Made by a program: the position numbers and the translations under genes
Part shown: positions 25,618-35,200 of the stretch, in pieces
How positions within the stretch are numbered: the stretch's first letter is position 1
Layout of the letters: each line of letters starts with the position of its first letter
The notes under the pieces: generated by a model
What the model was told of the DNA's origin: nothing
Database searches by the model: none
What the model saw: the letters and a program-made list of their open reading frames with translations, nothing else
NCBI GenBank assembly: GCA_049599475.1
Contig: JBMYOQ010000033.1
Span: 1 to 44,661 of the forward strand
Direction of reading: 5' to 3'
Length of the DNA: 44,661 nucleotides
Source: Opitutales bacterium
GTDB taxonomy: Bacteria > Verrucomicrobiota > Verrucomicrobiia > Opitutales > JABSRG01

Positions 25618-25737
25618 CTTTGATGCAAGGTGAAGGTAAGGGATTCCCGAGAATACTTTAATGGCATCCCTACCTCCAAGCGGCCGTCACTCGACTCCGT
25701 TTGCTATCCTGATCGATAAGGCTTTCGAGCGTCCGCA

Positions 25738-26469
25738 CTAGTAGTCGACTGCCAGGGCTGCGCCGATAATTCCGGCTTCGTCGCCGTAATGCGCAAAGGT
25801 GTATTCGCAGTTTATGGTCAAATACTGTTTATAGTGCTCGCTCTGGTGTGCTCCGCCTCCGCCGATGATGATCGTATCCACGGACAAAAGATCTCTCAGA
25901 TATTCTAGGAAGGCGCCGAGGTCAGTTCCCCAAGTTTCCCAGGAGAGATCGAGCCGAATTCGCGCACGTTCGGAGAGAGTCGATTCGGCCTCGTTTCCGC
26001 GAAATTCAGCATGGCCAAATTCCATATTGGGGACCAATGCGCTGTTGTAAAATAAGGCGGTGCCGAGTCCGGTTCCGATGGTAGCCATGAGAACGGTGCC
26101 TTTCTTGTTTCGGCCTGCCCCAAATTTCATTTCTGCTATGCCTGCGGCATCCGCCTCGTTGATCGCAGATCCTTCAAAGGCCCCTAGGTCTAGGAGGGCG
26201 TCTTCAAGGTTTAGCCCGATCACGGAGTCATCGAGATTGGGCGCCGTCTTTACGACGTTTTCCCTGATGACGCCGGGAAACCCCACTCCGATCGGACCTG
26301 ACCAATCATAATGGTTTATGATCGTTTCGAGGGTTGTTTGAATGGCCGCTAGGTCTGCTGGATGCGGAGTCGGTATGCTGAAGCGCTCGGCTTTCAATGC
26401 TCCGGTAGCAATATCTACGATATTCGCTTTGATGCTATTTCCCCCGATATCAATTCCCAGAACCTCCAT
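25738..26469 (-). CDS. ROK-family sugar kinase (polyphosphate glucokinase-like)
   Basis: GIDIGG, GVGFPG, TIGTGLGTALF, PNMEFGH. Confidence 0.88.
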   Translation of the reverse strand: MEVLGIDIGGNSIKANIVDIATGALKAERFSIPTPHPADLAAIQTTLETIINHYDWSGPIGVGFPGVIRENVVKTAPNLDDSVIGLNLEDALLDLGAFEGSAINEADAAGIAEMKFGAGRNKKGTVLMATIGTGLGTALFYNSALVPNMEFGHAEFRGNEAESTLSERARIRLDLSWETWGTDLGAFLEYLRDLLSVDTIIIGGGGAHQSEHYKQYLTINCEYTFAHYGDEAGIIGAALAVDY

Positions 26470-26603
26470 TGAGCCTGAGAATCATCTCTCACCTCACAAC
26501 TGCAACGGTAATATGGTCAGGATCAGGAATGTCGCACAATTGCCACTTTGATGGATGCGCTTTCAACATTGAAGGGAAGCCGTTCAGGTGAAAGGTTAGG
26601 GGA

Positions 26604-27512
26604 ATGGAATCCTGGGATGAACGGACATGGCGGACTCTCGCTGCAGACTACGAAGACGCAATGCGTCCGTGGTTTGATGGCTACCGCATGCGCCGTTCCA
26701 GACGGGAGAAACACCCGGTGCATGATTTCTTATTTGAGTATTATCAAACGAAGCGACAGCGGGTAGAGCGTTGGCATCCGCCGGTTGACGCAGTTCTCGA
26801 AGGGGTGAAAGCTGGGGAGTTCTCGTGGGTGGCCGATTTTCGAGAGAATGTGGATGGCACGGGGGCTTTGTCTACGGATGGGTTAAGCGTGAAGGTCGTC
26901 GAGCGTCTCAAGTGGATTCATTCCCTCATTGATGCGGCGATGAAGCGCCCGCCTCGTTTTCAATGTTTTGGTCTGCACGAATGGGCTATGGTGTATCGAA
27001 CGGATGAAATTCGCCATGAGTCGACTCCGCTGAGACTGAGCATGGAAGCGGTTGCTCAAGTGGTCGAATCGCGGACGATTTGCTGCACGCATTGGGACGC
27101 CTTTCGTTTTTTCACTGAGGCAGCCCGCCCCTTGAATACCCTCAACCCGGCTCATGAAAAGCGTCACGAAATGGAGCAGTTTGGCTGTGTTCACTTTAAT
27201 ATGGACCTCTACAAGTGGAGCTACAAAGCCTTTCCATGGGTGAGCAGTGAGCTCCTCCGGAAATGCTTTTATCTGGCTTTGGAAGCTCGTGAATTAGACA
27301 TGCGTGCGTCGCCCTACGATGTTACTTTATTCGATTTGGAGCCGATTTTAATCGAGGGCCCAGAAGGGCGATTGCAGTACCAAGAACATCAGACTGAGAT
27401 TTCGCGAAAGGGGCGGATTCTCGCACAAGAGCTCCAGACTGAACTCGGTAAAATATTGGCTCTTGTCGATAGTGGGCCGGTAGCGAATGAGCTTGCTCAG
27501 GCTGAAAATTAG
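26604..27512 (+). CDS. Conserved hypothetical protein (family often auto-annotated as 3-methyladenine DNA glycosylase)
   Basis: KHPVHDFLFEYY, CFGLHEWAMVY, EQFGCVHFNMDLYKW, DMRASPYD. Confidence 0.75.
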   Translation: MESWDERTWRTLAADYEDAMRPWFDGYRMRRSRREKHPVHDFLFEYYQTKRQRVERWHPPVDAVLEGVKAGEFSWVADFRENVDGTGALSTDGLSVKVVERLKWIHSLIDAAMKRPPRFQCFGLHEWAMVYRTDEIRHESTPLRLSMEAVAQVVESRTICCTHWDAFRFFTEAARPLNTLNPAHEKRHEMEQFGCVHFNMDLYKWSYKAFPWVSSELLRKCFYLALEARELDMRASPYDVTLFDLEPILIEGPEGRLQYQEHQTEISRKGRILAQELQTELGKILALVDSGPVANELAQAEN

Positions 27513-27556
27513 CCACGCGCTTGCAATAAGTCGCCTCGACTCTCAGTAAAGAAGGC

Positions 27557-28156
27557 ATGCGTTTTATTTTGGCATCGGGATCGCCACGACGGCGTGAGAT
27601 TTTATCGGATATGGGGCACTCATTCGAGGTCCTGACAGCTTCCGTTGAAGAATTCGATGATCTCTCAGCGGAGTTGGATACACCAGAAGCCTTCGTTTTA
27701 GAAAATACACGCCTGAAAGGAGATGCGGTCGCTGCGCATTGGCCCGATGCGCTCGTGCTCTCGGCCGATACGACGGTTGCCTTCGAGGGCGAAGTCCTGA
27801 ATAAGCCCGCCGACCTGGACGAGGCGCGACAGATGATCCGCCGACTTGCTGGCAATACCCATACCGTTTACACGGGCTTTCAATTAGTACACGAGTTGAG
27901 CGATTATCGCTTCAGCACGGTCGTAGCGAGTGATGTCACCTTCAAACCCTTGAATGATGCGGCGATCGACGCCTATTTCCAGGTTGTAAACCCTCTGGAC
28001 AAAGCGGGCTCCTACGGGATTCAAGAAGGGCGAGACATGATTATTGCTGAACTCGAAGGATCTTTCACGAATGTCATGGGTCTGCCTCGAGAAGCCCTCT
28101 CAGAAGCCATCGAAACCTTCGAGTCGTTGAGTGGGTTTCGATTTCCAAGATCTTAA
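27557..28156 (+). CDS. maf: Maf-family nucleotide pyrophosphatase
   Basis: ILASGSPRR, SADTTV, DKAGSYGIQ, NVMGLP. Confidence 0.93.
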   Translation: MRFILASGSPRRREILSDMGHSFEVLTASVEEFDDLSAELDTPEAFVLENTRLKGDAVAAHWPDALVLSADTTVAFEGEVLNKPADLDEARQMIRRLAGNTHTVYTGFQLVHELSDYRFSTVVASDVTFKPLNDAAIDAYFQVVNPLDKAGSYGIQEGRDMIIAELEGSFTNVMGLPREALSEAIETFESLSGFRFPRS

Positions 28157-28161
28157 TTTGA

Positions 28162-29592
28162 ATGCCTCCATCCACCATAGATAATCCCACGAAGCCACCG
28201 CCTTTGCGGCCGCCGGTATGGCCTGGCCTGGAGAGCCAGGATGCTTGGGAGGTGCGCGAGCGTCGGGGACGGCGATGGGTTTGGATGGCCCTCGTCTTAT
28301 CCTTCCTCATTCACGGGTATCTGTATTTTGCCCTAAAGGATGATTTTTTAGGTCTGCAAAAATTGGAGGAGCGGATTGAGCAGGCCCAGGATGAACCGTT
28401 CGAGATGTATGTGGCAGAGGTCATTCCGGAAGAAGAAAAGGCATACGTGCAGACCAATCCAGAAGTCCCTGAGAACGAGCCCGATAGGTCTCCCTTTGTC
28501 TCCAATAGGAGTCAGCAAGCCGCTCAGGAAAACCCAGTGCCGACGAGCGATGATCCCTTGCCGAATATTTCGGGCGAAGAGGAATCCAATAATATTGTAG
28601 AGTCGACACTCGAAGAGCCGACGCCGCCAAGCCCTCTGGTCCAAGCGGTGCCCGATACGGGTCAACCTGCTCCAGAGACTGTTCCCCAGGAGCAAAGCCA
28701 AACTGTTGTAGCTCAAGGAGGTGGGGCTCCACAAGTCCAAGAGGACGCTCAGGAACCCACGGTTGATGAAGCCGCCCAGCCGCAACCGGATACAACACCG
28801 AGCCCTGCGCAGCCGGCGGTGCAGCCGTCTCAAGCGCTGAACCCGATCACAGCGATTTCGCCGCCACCCGATTTCTTACAAGGAGAGCCCGATCCAGAAG
28901 CGGATGGAGAGGGCTTGGGACTCACACCTGTCGAACCAGCCACAGATACCACTCCCTTCCAGGCTCAACTCAAAACACGCGTGATCCCTACAGTGCGGCC
29001 CAGCCAGCCAAATTTCCGCGTAGTTGCCAAGACACCTCAGGTATTCCAGCAGGTCCAGTCGGAGTCGCCGCGTCCCTCGGAAGAGCAGGGGGATACTGCG
29101 GAAGAGGCCAAAGAGGCGGAGTCGCAACTAGAGCCGCAGAAGCAAGTGCAGTCTGGTACACCGGGTCAAGATCCCCGAATGCCGCGCCCGCGCCCGCAGA
29201 TATTGCCGAGATCTACACCAGGGCCGCTCATGGATAGTCGCAGTTTTGATGCAGGGCGCGAGGGCACCGTTTCTCCGGATGCGGAATGGAGTGCTTTTGG
29301 GGATTACCAGTCGCGTATGTTGGAGGCCATTGCGAACTCTTGGTATCGCACGCTCCAGGGTATTCAGCGGCGTGTTGGGGATTCTGGGACGAGTGTTCGG
29401 ATTGAATTTGAGCTTCTGAATGATGGATCCGTTCGACAGATGAAAACTATCCGGTATTCCTCATCCCAGTTACTTATGAATATATGCCGAGACGCGATCA
29501 AAAGCCGGGATCCCTATGAATCTTGGCCCCAAGATATGATCGATCTTTTCGGTGAGAGTAGAACCGTTACTATCACGTTTCATTATCGCTAG
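28162..29592 (+). CDS. TonB/TolA-like Pro/Gln-rich membrane-anchored protein
   Basis: N-terminal TM ending S..IH, low-complexity linker, TonB-C-like C-terminal domain. Confidence 0.7.
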   Translation: MPPSTIDNPTKPPPLRPPVWPGLESQDAWEVRERRGRRWVWMALVLSFLIHGYLYFALKDDFLGLQKLEERIEQAQDEPFEMYVAEVIPEEEKAYVQTNPEVPENEPDRSPFVSNRSQQAAQENPVPTSDDPLPNISGEEESNNIVESTLEEPTPPSPLVQAVPDTGQPAPETVPQEQSQTVVAQGGGAPQVQEDAQEPTVDEAAQPQPDTTPSPAQPAVQPSQALNPITAISPPPDFLQGEPDPEADGEGLGLTPVEPATDTTPFQAQLKTRVIPTVRPSQPNFRVVAKTPQVFQQVQSESPRPSEEQGDTAEEAKEAESQLEPQKQVQSGTPGQDPRMPRPRPQILPRSTPGPLMDSRSFDAGREGTVSPDAEWSAFGDYQSRMLEAIANSWYRTLQGIQRRVGDSGTSVRIEFELLNDGSVRQMKTIRYSSSQLLMNICRDAIKSRDPYESWPQDMIDLFGESRTVTITFHYR

Positions 29593-29597
29593 TATCT

Positions 29598-30533
29598 ATG
29601 AGTTCCAACGACTCAATCATCACTGCAATCGAGGAGAGGTTGCATCCTAAAGCGTTTATTGCGGGTCACCATGAGGCCGGCATTATTGCAATTAATAAGG
29701 GTGCGGGGCTCTTGTCGCATCCTAACCCGCCGAAGGAAGAAAATAAGACTGCGGCCAAGAAAGGCTCGGGCGTATCGGAGCTGGCGAAGCGCCGTGGTCT
29801 GGTTAAAGAATCGAAGGATAAGAAAAAGAAGCGTTTGGGGAATCGACCTGCATGGCTGGCAGCATCGTATGATTTTGCTAAAGAATGCTTCTCTGTAGGT
29901 GAGGAGAAACTCTATTTGTGCAATCGTCTGGATTCGGCGACCTCAGGTATCTTGATTGTCTGTCGCGATGCGGCATTGGCCGTGGCCATCAAGGAGCACT
30001 GGGCGAAGCGCGAAGTGAAAAAGCTCTATGTGGCGCTTCTGAGAGGGATGGTGGCGCGGTCCTTCGAAAAGTGGATCGATAGTATTGAAGAGCAGTCGCG
30101 CGCGGATGAGCGTGGTGTTCGGGTAAGAGCCCACTTGGGTGCTGCTAGAATGAGAAAGCGGGTGACGGCGAAGACGAGTCTGCGGCGCATCCACTATACT
30201 CAGGTCGATCCGAAGGTCTCGATGGTGGTTATGCAGCCCATTACGGGCCGTACGCACCAATTGAGGGTCCAATCTCAGCTGCACAAGTACCCGATTGTCG
30301 GGGATGGTAAATACGGAGATTTTCGATTTAACAGAGCATTGGGCGAGCACATCGATGGCGTGAAGGGGCGCATGTTTTTGCACTCATATCTTACTGAGAT
30401 CAAAATGGATTTCGGAGACCAATTCATCGAATTTGCAGTCACCGCGCCTGTTCCGGCAAGCTACTGGAACGTAATCAAAACGGACTTATCTGACTCCGTG
30501 ACGCGCACGGTGCAGTCGATGTTGAATGAATGA
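29598..30533 (+). CDS. RluA-family pseudouridine synthase
   Basis: NRLDSATSG, TGRTHQLRV, PIVGDGKYG, MFLHS. Confidence 0.92.
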   Translation: MSSNDSIITAIEERLHPKAFIAGHHEAGIIAINKGAGLLSHPNPPKEENKTAAKKGSGVSELAKRRGLVKESKDKKKKRLGNRPAWLAASYDFAKECFSVGEEKLYLCNRLDSATSGILIVCRDAALAVAIKEHWAKREVKKLYVALLRGMVARSFEKWIDSIEEQSRADERGVRVRAHLGAARMRKRVTAKTSLRRIHYTQVDPKVSMVVMQPITGRTHQLRVQSQLHKYPIVGDGKYGDFRFNRALGEHIDGVKGRMFLHSYLTEIKMDFGDQFIEFAVTAPVPASYWNVIKTDLSDSVTRTVQSMLNE

Positions 30534-30562
30534 TGTATGGGGCGTCGTGGATAGCCCCGAAT

Positions 30563-31162
30563 CTAGAGCATCGTATTGGGAATAAGGATGGCTGACATGC
30601 CAATCCCCTGAGCGCTCTGGTAGCTATGTTCCGAATCCTCGAGGACCAAGCAGTCCGGATAGGCGACACCGAGGAGGTCTGCAGCGTGCTTAAAGGGCAT
30701 TGGATCGGGTTTGCCTCGACGGGTATCTCCCTGGCAGATTTTAAGTGAAATCTTATCTCCGAGTCCGATGGCTTCTAGAGTCGCATCGACATCTTCGCGT
30801 GTGCTCCCTGAGACCACGGCAACTGCAGCCCCAGAGGCGATGCAGTCTTCGCAGAAGGAGACTACGGGTGCGATCGGTTCCACCTGATCCAGCATTTTAG
30901 CATAAAGGGCGTTTTTGGTAGCCCCGACCGCGCGATGATCTAGCTGGGTCCCGAAAGTTTCATTCAGACGTGCAATTGTATCCTCAACCGTCATGCCCGC
31001 CATACTGTAAAAGAGTTCGGGAGAGTAGTCGAAGTCACCACCGTGCTCCTTTACCGCGCGGGTCCAGGCATCGTAGTGCAGTCGCATGGTATCCGCTAGG
31101 GTGCCGTCGCAGTCGAACAAATATGCCTTAAACGGCTCTTTAGGAGGAGAAAATGAGATCAT
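30563..31162 (-). CDS. HAD-family phosphatase
   Basis: LFDCDGTLADT, KPDP, LEDS; start reassigned. Confidence 0.9.
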   Translation of the reverse strand: MISFSPPKEPFKAYLFDCDGTLADTMRLHYDAWTRAVKEHGGDFDYSPELFYSMAGMTVEDTIARLNETFGTQLDHRAVGATKNALYAKMLDQVEPIAPVVSFCEDCIASGAAVAVVSGSTREDVDATLEAIGLGDKISLKICQGDTRRGKPDPMPFKHAADLLGVAYPDCLVLEDSEHSYQSAQGIGMSAILIPNTML

Positions 31163-31285
31163 CGTAAGGCTGTGTATGGCCTTGGCGGATCGATGGAAAT
31201 GGTTATGTGTCGTTTGGTTGAAATTTTGCCTCAAATTTTCATTCAGTTTAGTTCGGACTAGCAATTGCTTGGTTTCATTGAAGGC

Positions 31286-32608
31286 ATGCTAGGCTCGAGG
31301 AATACATCAGATATTTGGCGCTTTTTTGGCCCTTTGGCAGCCGTGAGCGTGCTGTTTTTGTCGGGGCGCCTATTTCAGAATTTTGCGCTTCTACACTTCC
31401 CGGATGGGGTGAGGCAGATTGCGACTTTTACCTTGGCGAGCTCGGTGTTTTTTCCCTGCATGTCGGCGGTCAACTTCTTCCCACAGTTAGCCAACACGCT
31501 TGTAAAAGGGCGTCGCGATTTGCGCACCGTTGGAAGGTTCTCCCTGATGACTTGTACTCTATTGAGCTGTGTCTTTTGGGGGATCGCATGGACGCCTGCG
31601 GGTAAAGAATTTGTGGGCTCCGTGTTTCCCAGTTCAGACGATGTCTTGGCAGATATTGTCTATTATCTGCGTTGGTATAGTCCGGTCGTTTTTCTAACTG
31701 GACTCGTTAATTTTGTATCTGGCTTGCTCATGCAATGTCACCGGACGGGGTGGGTGTCCTGTTTACGTGTGGCGAGCCTCGTAAGCCTCGTTTTGGTGCT
31801 CAGTGTGGGGCTCTTTTGGGATGTGGAAGCACGGCTGATCATAGGCATCTCGTGTGTTTTGCCTGAGTTGGTTGCGGCAATTCTAGGACTATGGTGTCTT
31901 AAAAAACGAGTGGACCTGAAAGAAGGCGGTTCTGCTGTGATAAGCTATCGTGAGACCTGGATTTTCTTTTGGCCGCTGGCACTTACGACCGCGATGTTTA
32001 CCCTGTCGCGACCGATCATTAATCAGCTTGTCACTGTGGCTGGATCTCGGGTTGAAATCGAAAACTGGACGGAAGAGGTGTTGGCCGCCTTGGCTGTCGC
32101 GTTTGGGTTTTCGATGATTTTTCAAATGACAATCAATCAGCTGCGCAATGTGTATGTCACCTTCGCGCTTGAGCGTCCTGAAGACACGCGCGCATTTGCT
32201 CGGCAGTTAATTTTGGGTCTTACAGTGATCATGGCCCTCGTCGCGATGACTCCCTTTGCCAGGTGGTTCTTCGAGCACTTGCAGGGCTTGGAAGGCCGCC
32301 CGTTGGAATGGGCTCTGGATAACTATGTCGTCCTTTGCGCAGTCCCGGTGGTGGTCGGACTCAGAAATCACTTCCACGGATTGGCCATGGCGCATCGACG
32401 GACCGCGATTATGGGGGCCGCATCGATCATGCGGAACATCAGCGTAATGATTGTGGGTTGGCTGTTGATCACAATGGACAAATTTGAGCCTTGGATCGGT
32501 GCCGTTCTCCTGTTGGTGGGCTTTTCGGTGGAAGCTGCGATCGTCCGAGCAGATGCTCGACGTCGCAAAAAAGCGACCCTAGCGCAGGAAGCGAATTTAC
32601 CAGTTTAG
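31286..32608 (+). CDS. MATE/ANKH-like multi-pass membrane protein
   Basis: About 12 hydrophobic segments, duplicated FFxPLA motif. Confidence 0.65.
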   Translation: MLGSRNTSDIWRFFGPLAAVSVLFLSGRLFQNFALLHFPDGVRQIATFTLASSVFFPCMSAVNFFPQLANTLVKGRRDLRTVGRFSLMTCTLLSCVFWGIAWTPAGKEFVGSVFPSSDDVLADIVYYLRWYSPVVFLTGLVNFVSGLLMQCHRTGWVSCLRVASLVSLVLVLSVGLFWDVEARLIIGISCVLPELVAAILGLWCLKKRVDLKEGGSAVISYRETWIFFWPLALTTAMFTLSRPIINQLVTVAGSRVEIENWTEEVLAALAVAFGFSMIFQMTINQLRNVYVTFALERPEDTRAFARQLILGLTVIMALVAMTPFARWFFEHLQGLEGRPLEWALDNYVVLCAVPVVVGLRNHFHGLAMAHRRTAIMGAASIMRNISVMIVGWLLITMDKFEPWIGAVLLLVGFSVEAAIVRADARRRKKATLAQEANLPV

Positions 32609-33145
32609 ACCGAGGAGGGCGTCGCGGATTTTGTTAGCCAGCATGCGGGCAAGAACGGGGGCCTGTTGATACTCGGAGGCTTGAAGACCTTGGGAGGCGA
32701 GAGCATCGCCGCTTACGCTTATTATCTGTTCGTCCAAAAATACGCGTCCATCTGAATTGGCGACCAACGAAACAGTGGCCGTTACTTCGTTACGGTAAAT
32801 GAGGGCAAGGCCTGTATCGTCCGAACGATTAGCTTGTCGCTGACGGTCAAAATTAGCGATCGAAACGCTCAGGACGGCGTCTGCATCGACAGGGCTGCCC
32901 GCGAGCGTGAAGACTCCTGACTCCATGATGACTTCGCGCAGGGCCTGCGTATAGGGGACGACTTGATCCGGCTCGAAGGTCTCATTGCTCACCCAATCCA
33001 CATAAATAGAATCAAGTATCGGGCCATCGGCATCTCCGGGAGTGCCCATCTGATAGCTGGCGCAGCCGCTGATGATCGATGCACCGAGCGCCAGTACGAT
33101 CCAAAGGTGGATTTTGCTAAAAAGGTATCGGGGTAAATTAGTCAT
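32597..33145 (-). CDS. lptE: LPS assembly lipoprotein LptE-like
   Basis: Lipobox ISGC, ADAVLSVSI; adjacent to bamD. Confidence 0.7.
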   Translation of the reverse strand: MTNLPRYLFSKIHLWIVLALGASIISGCASYQMGTPGDADGPILDSIYVDWVSNETFEPDQVVPYTQALREVIMESGVFTLAGSPVDADAVLSVSIANFDRQRQANRSDDTGLALIYRNEVTATVSLVANSDGRVFLDEQIISVSGDALASQGLQASEYQQAPVLARMLANKIRDALLGLNW

Positions 33146-34214
33146 CTACGCGATCGTAGCCACGGATATTTTTCCAGACGTCGCCAAACCCGAATGAGAT
33201 TCTGGGAGGGTGTGCTCCGTTTTCAATTGCATCTACGCGGACCTGTGCGGCGGCCGCTGATTTCGAATTTGGGGAAACGGTAATTGCTTCGTTGTAGAAG
33301 GCGAGGGCCGCAGTGGTATTGCGGCGGTAGAGGAAGTAGAATTCACCCAAATCGAATTTCGAGCGTGCGTATACTTCCTTCATAGTCTCCAGTCCGCTCT
33401 CCGCATCGCCAACGAGTGCACTGTCTGGAAACAAAATGAGGAAGTCTTCGTAATAGCTGATCGCTTCTCGGGTAGAGCCTTGGTCATATGCGGGGCCATC
33501 CACGAGGCCTGCATACACCTCTGCGAGCTGGAAGTAGGCATCTGCTGCCAACATATTGTCTGGGTAAATGTTGATCATCCGGTCCAGTGCATCGATCGCA
33601 TACTCGGGCTCGTCACGTCTGTCGGAGATGATAGCAATATTCATCAAGGCGAGCGGCGCGTAGTCTGAGTAGCGGCCATTGGCGACAACTGTTTCGAAAT
33701 ACTCGCGGGCCTTTTTGCTGTTTTTAAAAGTAGGAATAATCCAGAGGAATCGTCCGCGGGCTCCATCCATCAACTTCGTAGCAATATTGAACTGCTCTGC
33801 TACGATGGTCTGAAAGCCTTCATAGTCTGGGTAGCGAAGTAGGGTGGTTTGGAGGGTCTTGAATGCCTCAGTCCACTGATGGCGTTGCTGCTCGATGCGG
33901 GCCATTTCGACCAAGGCATCCGGAGCTGGAATAGTGCGTTGGTATTTGTCTACGATCTTTTCGAAGCGGTTGTAGGCTTTTCTCTGTTTGCCGGCTTCTA
34001 ACGCGGCTTTACCTTCTTCGAAGAGAATTTTCGCCTCGGCTTCTTCTTCAAGGGTTGCTGGACGGAGGTTCAGCAATTCTTCCTCTTCGTCGTTAAACCA
34101 ATCTAGAGGATTCCACCATGCCGCATGGACTGAAGAGCTCATCAGCAGCATTGAGAGCATGAACAAAGAAAAATTTGGAAAGAAGCGTTTCATAGGGTTG
34201 TGGATCATTGCCAT
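33138..34214 (-). CDS. bamD: Outer membrane assembly factor BamD-like TPR protein
   Basis: TPR repeats, YDQGSTREAISYYEDFLILFPDS. Confidence 0.8.
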   Translation of the reverse strand: MAMIHNPMKRFFPNFSLFMLSMLLMSSSVHAAWWNPLDWFNDEEEELLNLRPATLEEEAEAKILFEEGKAALEAGKQRKAYNRFEKIVDKYQRTIPAPDALVEMARIEQQRHQWTEAFKTLQTTLLRYPDYEGFQTIVAEQFNIATKLMDGARGRFLWIIPTFKNSKKAREYFETVVANGRYSDYAPLALMNIAIISDRRDEPEYAIDALDRMINIYPDNMLAADAYFQLAEVYAGLVDGPAYDQGSTREAISYYEDFLILFPDSALVGDAESGLETMKEVYARSKFDLGEFYFLYRRNTTAALAFYNEAITVSPNSKSAAAAQVRVDAIENGAHPPRISFGFGDVWKNIRGYDRVDD

Positions 34215-35200
34215 TTGATCAGTGAAGCAGACCAGGTCAAACCCGCGCCGAAGGCGACGAGTAAGACGTAATCTCCCGACGCAATCAGACCTTTGTCGAG
34301 AGCTTCGCGCAAGGCAATTGGCACCGAAGCGGCAGAAGTATTGCCAAATCGGTCAAGGTTGACGAAAAATTTATCCGAAGAGATTTCTAGATGCTTAGCC
34401 ATGCTCTCGATCATCCGGACATTTGCTTGGTGCGGGACGATGAGCTTTATTTGGTCTGCCTTCAGATTGTTGCGTTCCAAAATATCTCGGCAAAGGACGT
34501 TTACAACGCGCACAACGACCTTGAAGAGGTCTCTTCCGCGCATTTTTAGGTAGTGGTCCCCAGATTCGATCGTAGCCTGCGAGGCCGGCAGAGCTGATCC
34601 GCCAGCTGGTTGTTGGAGAAGGCTGGGATCACTTCCGTCAGAACGAGATATGGAATCGATAATTCCGAATTCGGTGTTTTCAGAAGCCGATAATACGGCG
34701 GCGCCCGCTCCATCACCAAACAGGACGCATGTGCTGCGGTCGGCCCAGTCGAGGATCGAGGTGATCTTCTCGGCGCCTACAATGAGTGCCTTTTGGTATC
34801 GGCCCGTCTTAATCAGGGATTCAGCAGTCTCGAGTGCGTAAGTGAAGCCTGAGCAAGCAGCCTCGAGATCGAAGGCCATGACTTGTCTGAGGCCTAGTCG
34901 AGCCTGGAGCAGACAGGCCGTTGCAGGAAATGGCATTGTGGGCGTAATGGTCGCGACGATTACGAGATCGATCTCGTCCGGGGATACCCCTGCATCTTCC
35001 ATAGCGGCCTTCGCCGCGTGTTCCGCGAGGTCTATCGTGCTTTCGTCTTCTGCGGCTACGCGGCGTTCGCTAATGCCGGTGCGCGTGCGGATCCACTCAT
35101 CCGTCGTCTCGACGATTTCGGTGAGATCTTCGTTGGTTAGCCGCTTTTCCGGTAAATAGGTGCCGACCCCTTGGATTACCACCGATATGTTGTTGCCCAT
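34205..35200 (-). CDS. fabH: Beta-ketoacyl-ACP synthase III
   Basis: AACSGF, PHQAN, GNTSAAS. Confidence 0.96.
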   Translation of the reverse strand: MGNNISVVIQGVGTYLPEKRLTNEDLTEIVETTDEWIRTRTGISERRVAAEDESTIDLAEHAAKAAMEDAGVSPDEIDLVIVATITPTMPFPATACLLQARLGLRQVMAFDLEAACSGFTYALETAESLIKTGRYQKALIVGAEKITSILDWADRSTCVLFGDGAGAAVLSASENTEFGIIDSISRSDGSDPSLLQQPAGGSALPASQATIESGDHYLKMRGRDLFKVVVRVVNVLCRDILERNNLKADQIKLIVPHQANVRMIESMAKHLEISSDKFFVNLDRFGNTSAASVPIALREALDKGLIASGDYVLLVAFGAGLTWSASLIKWQ

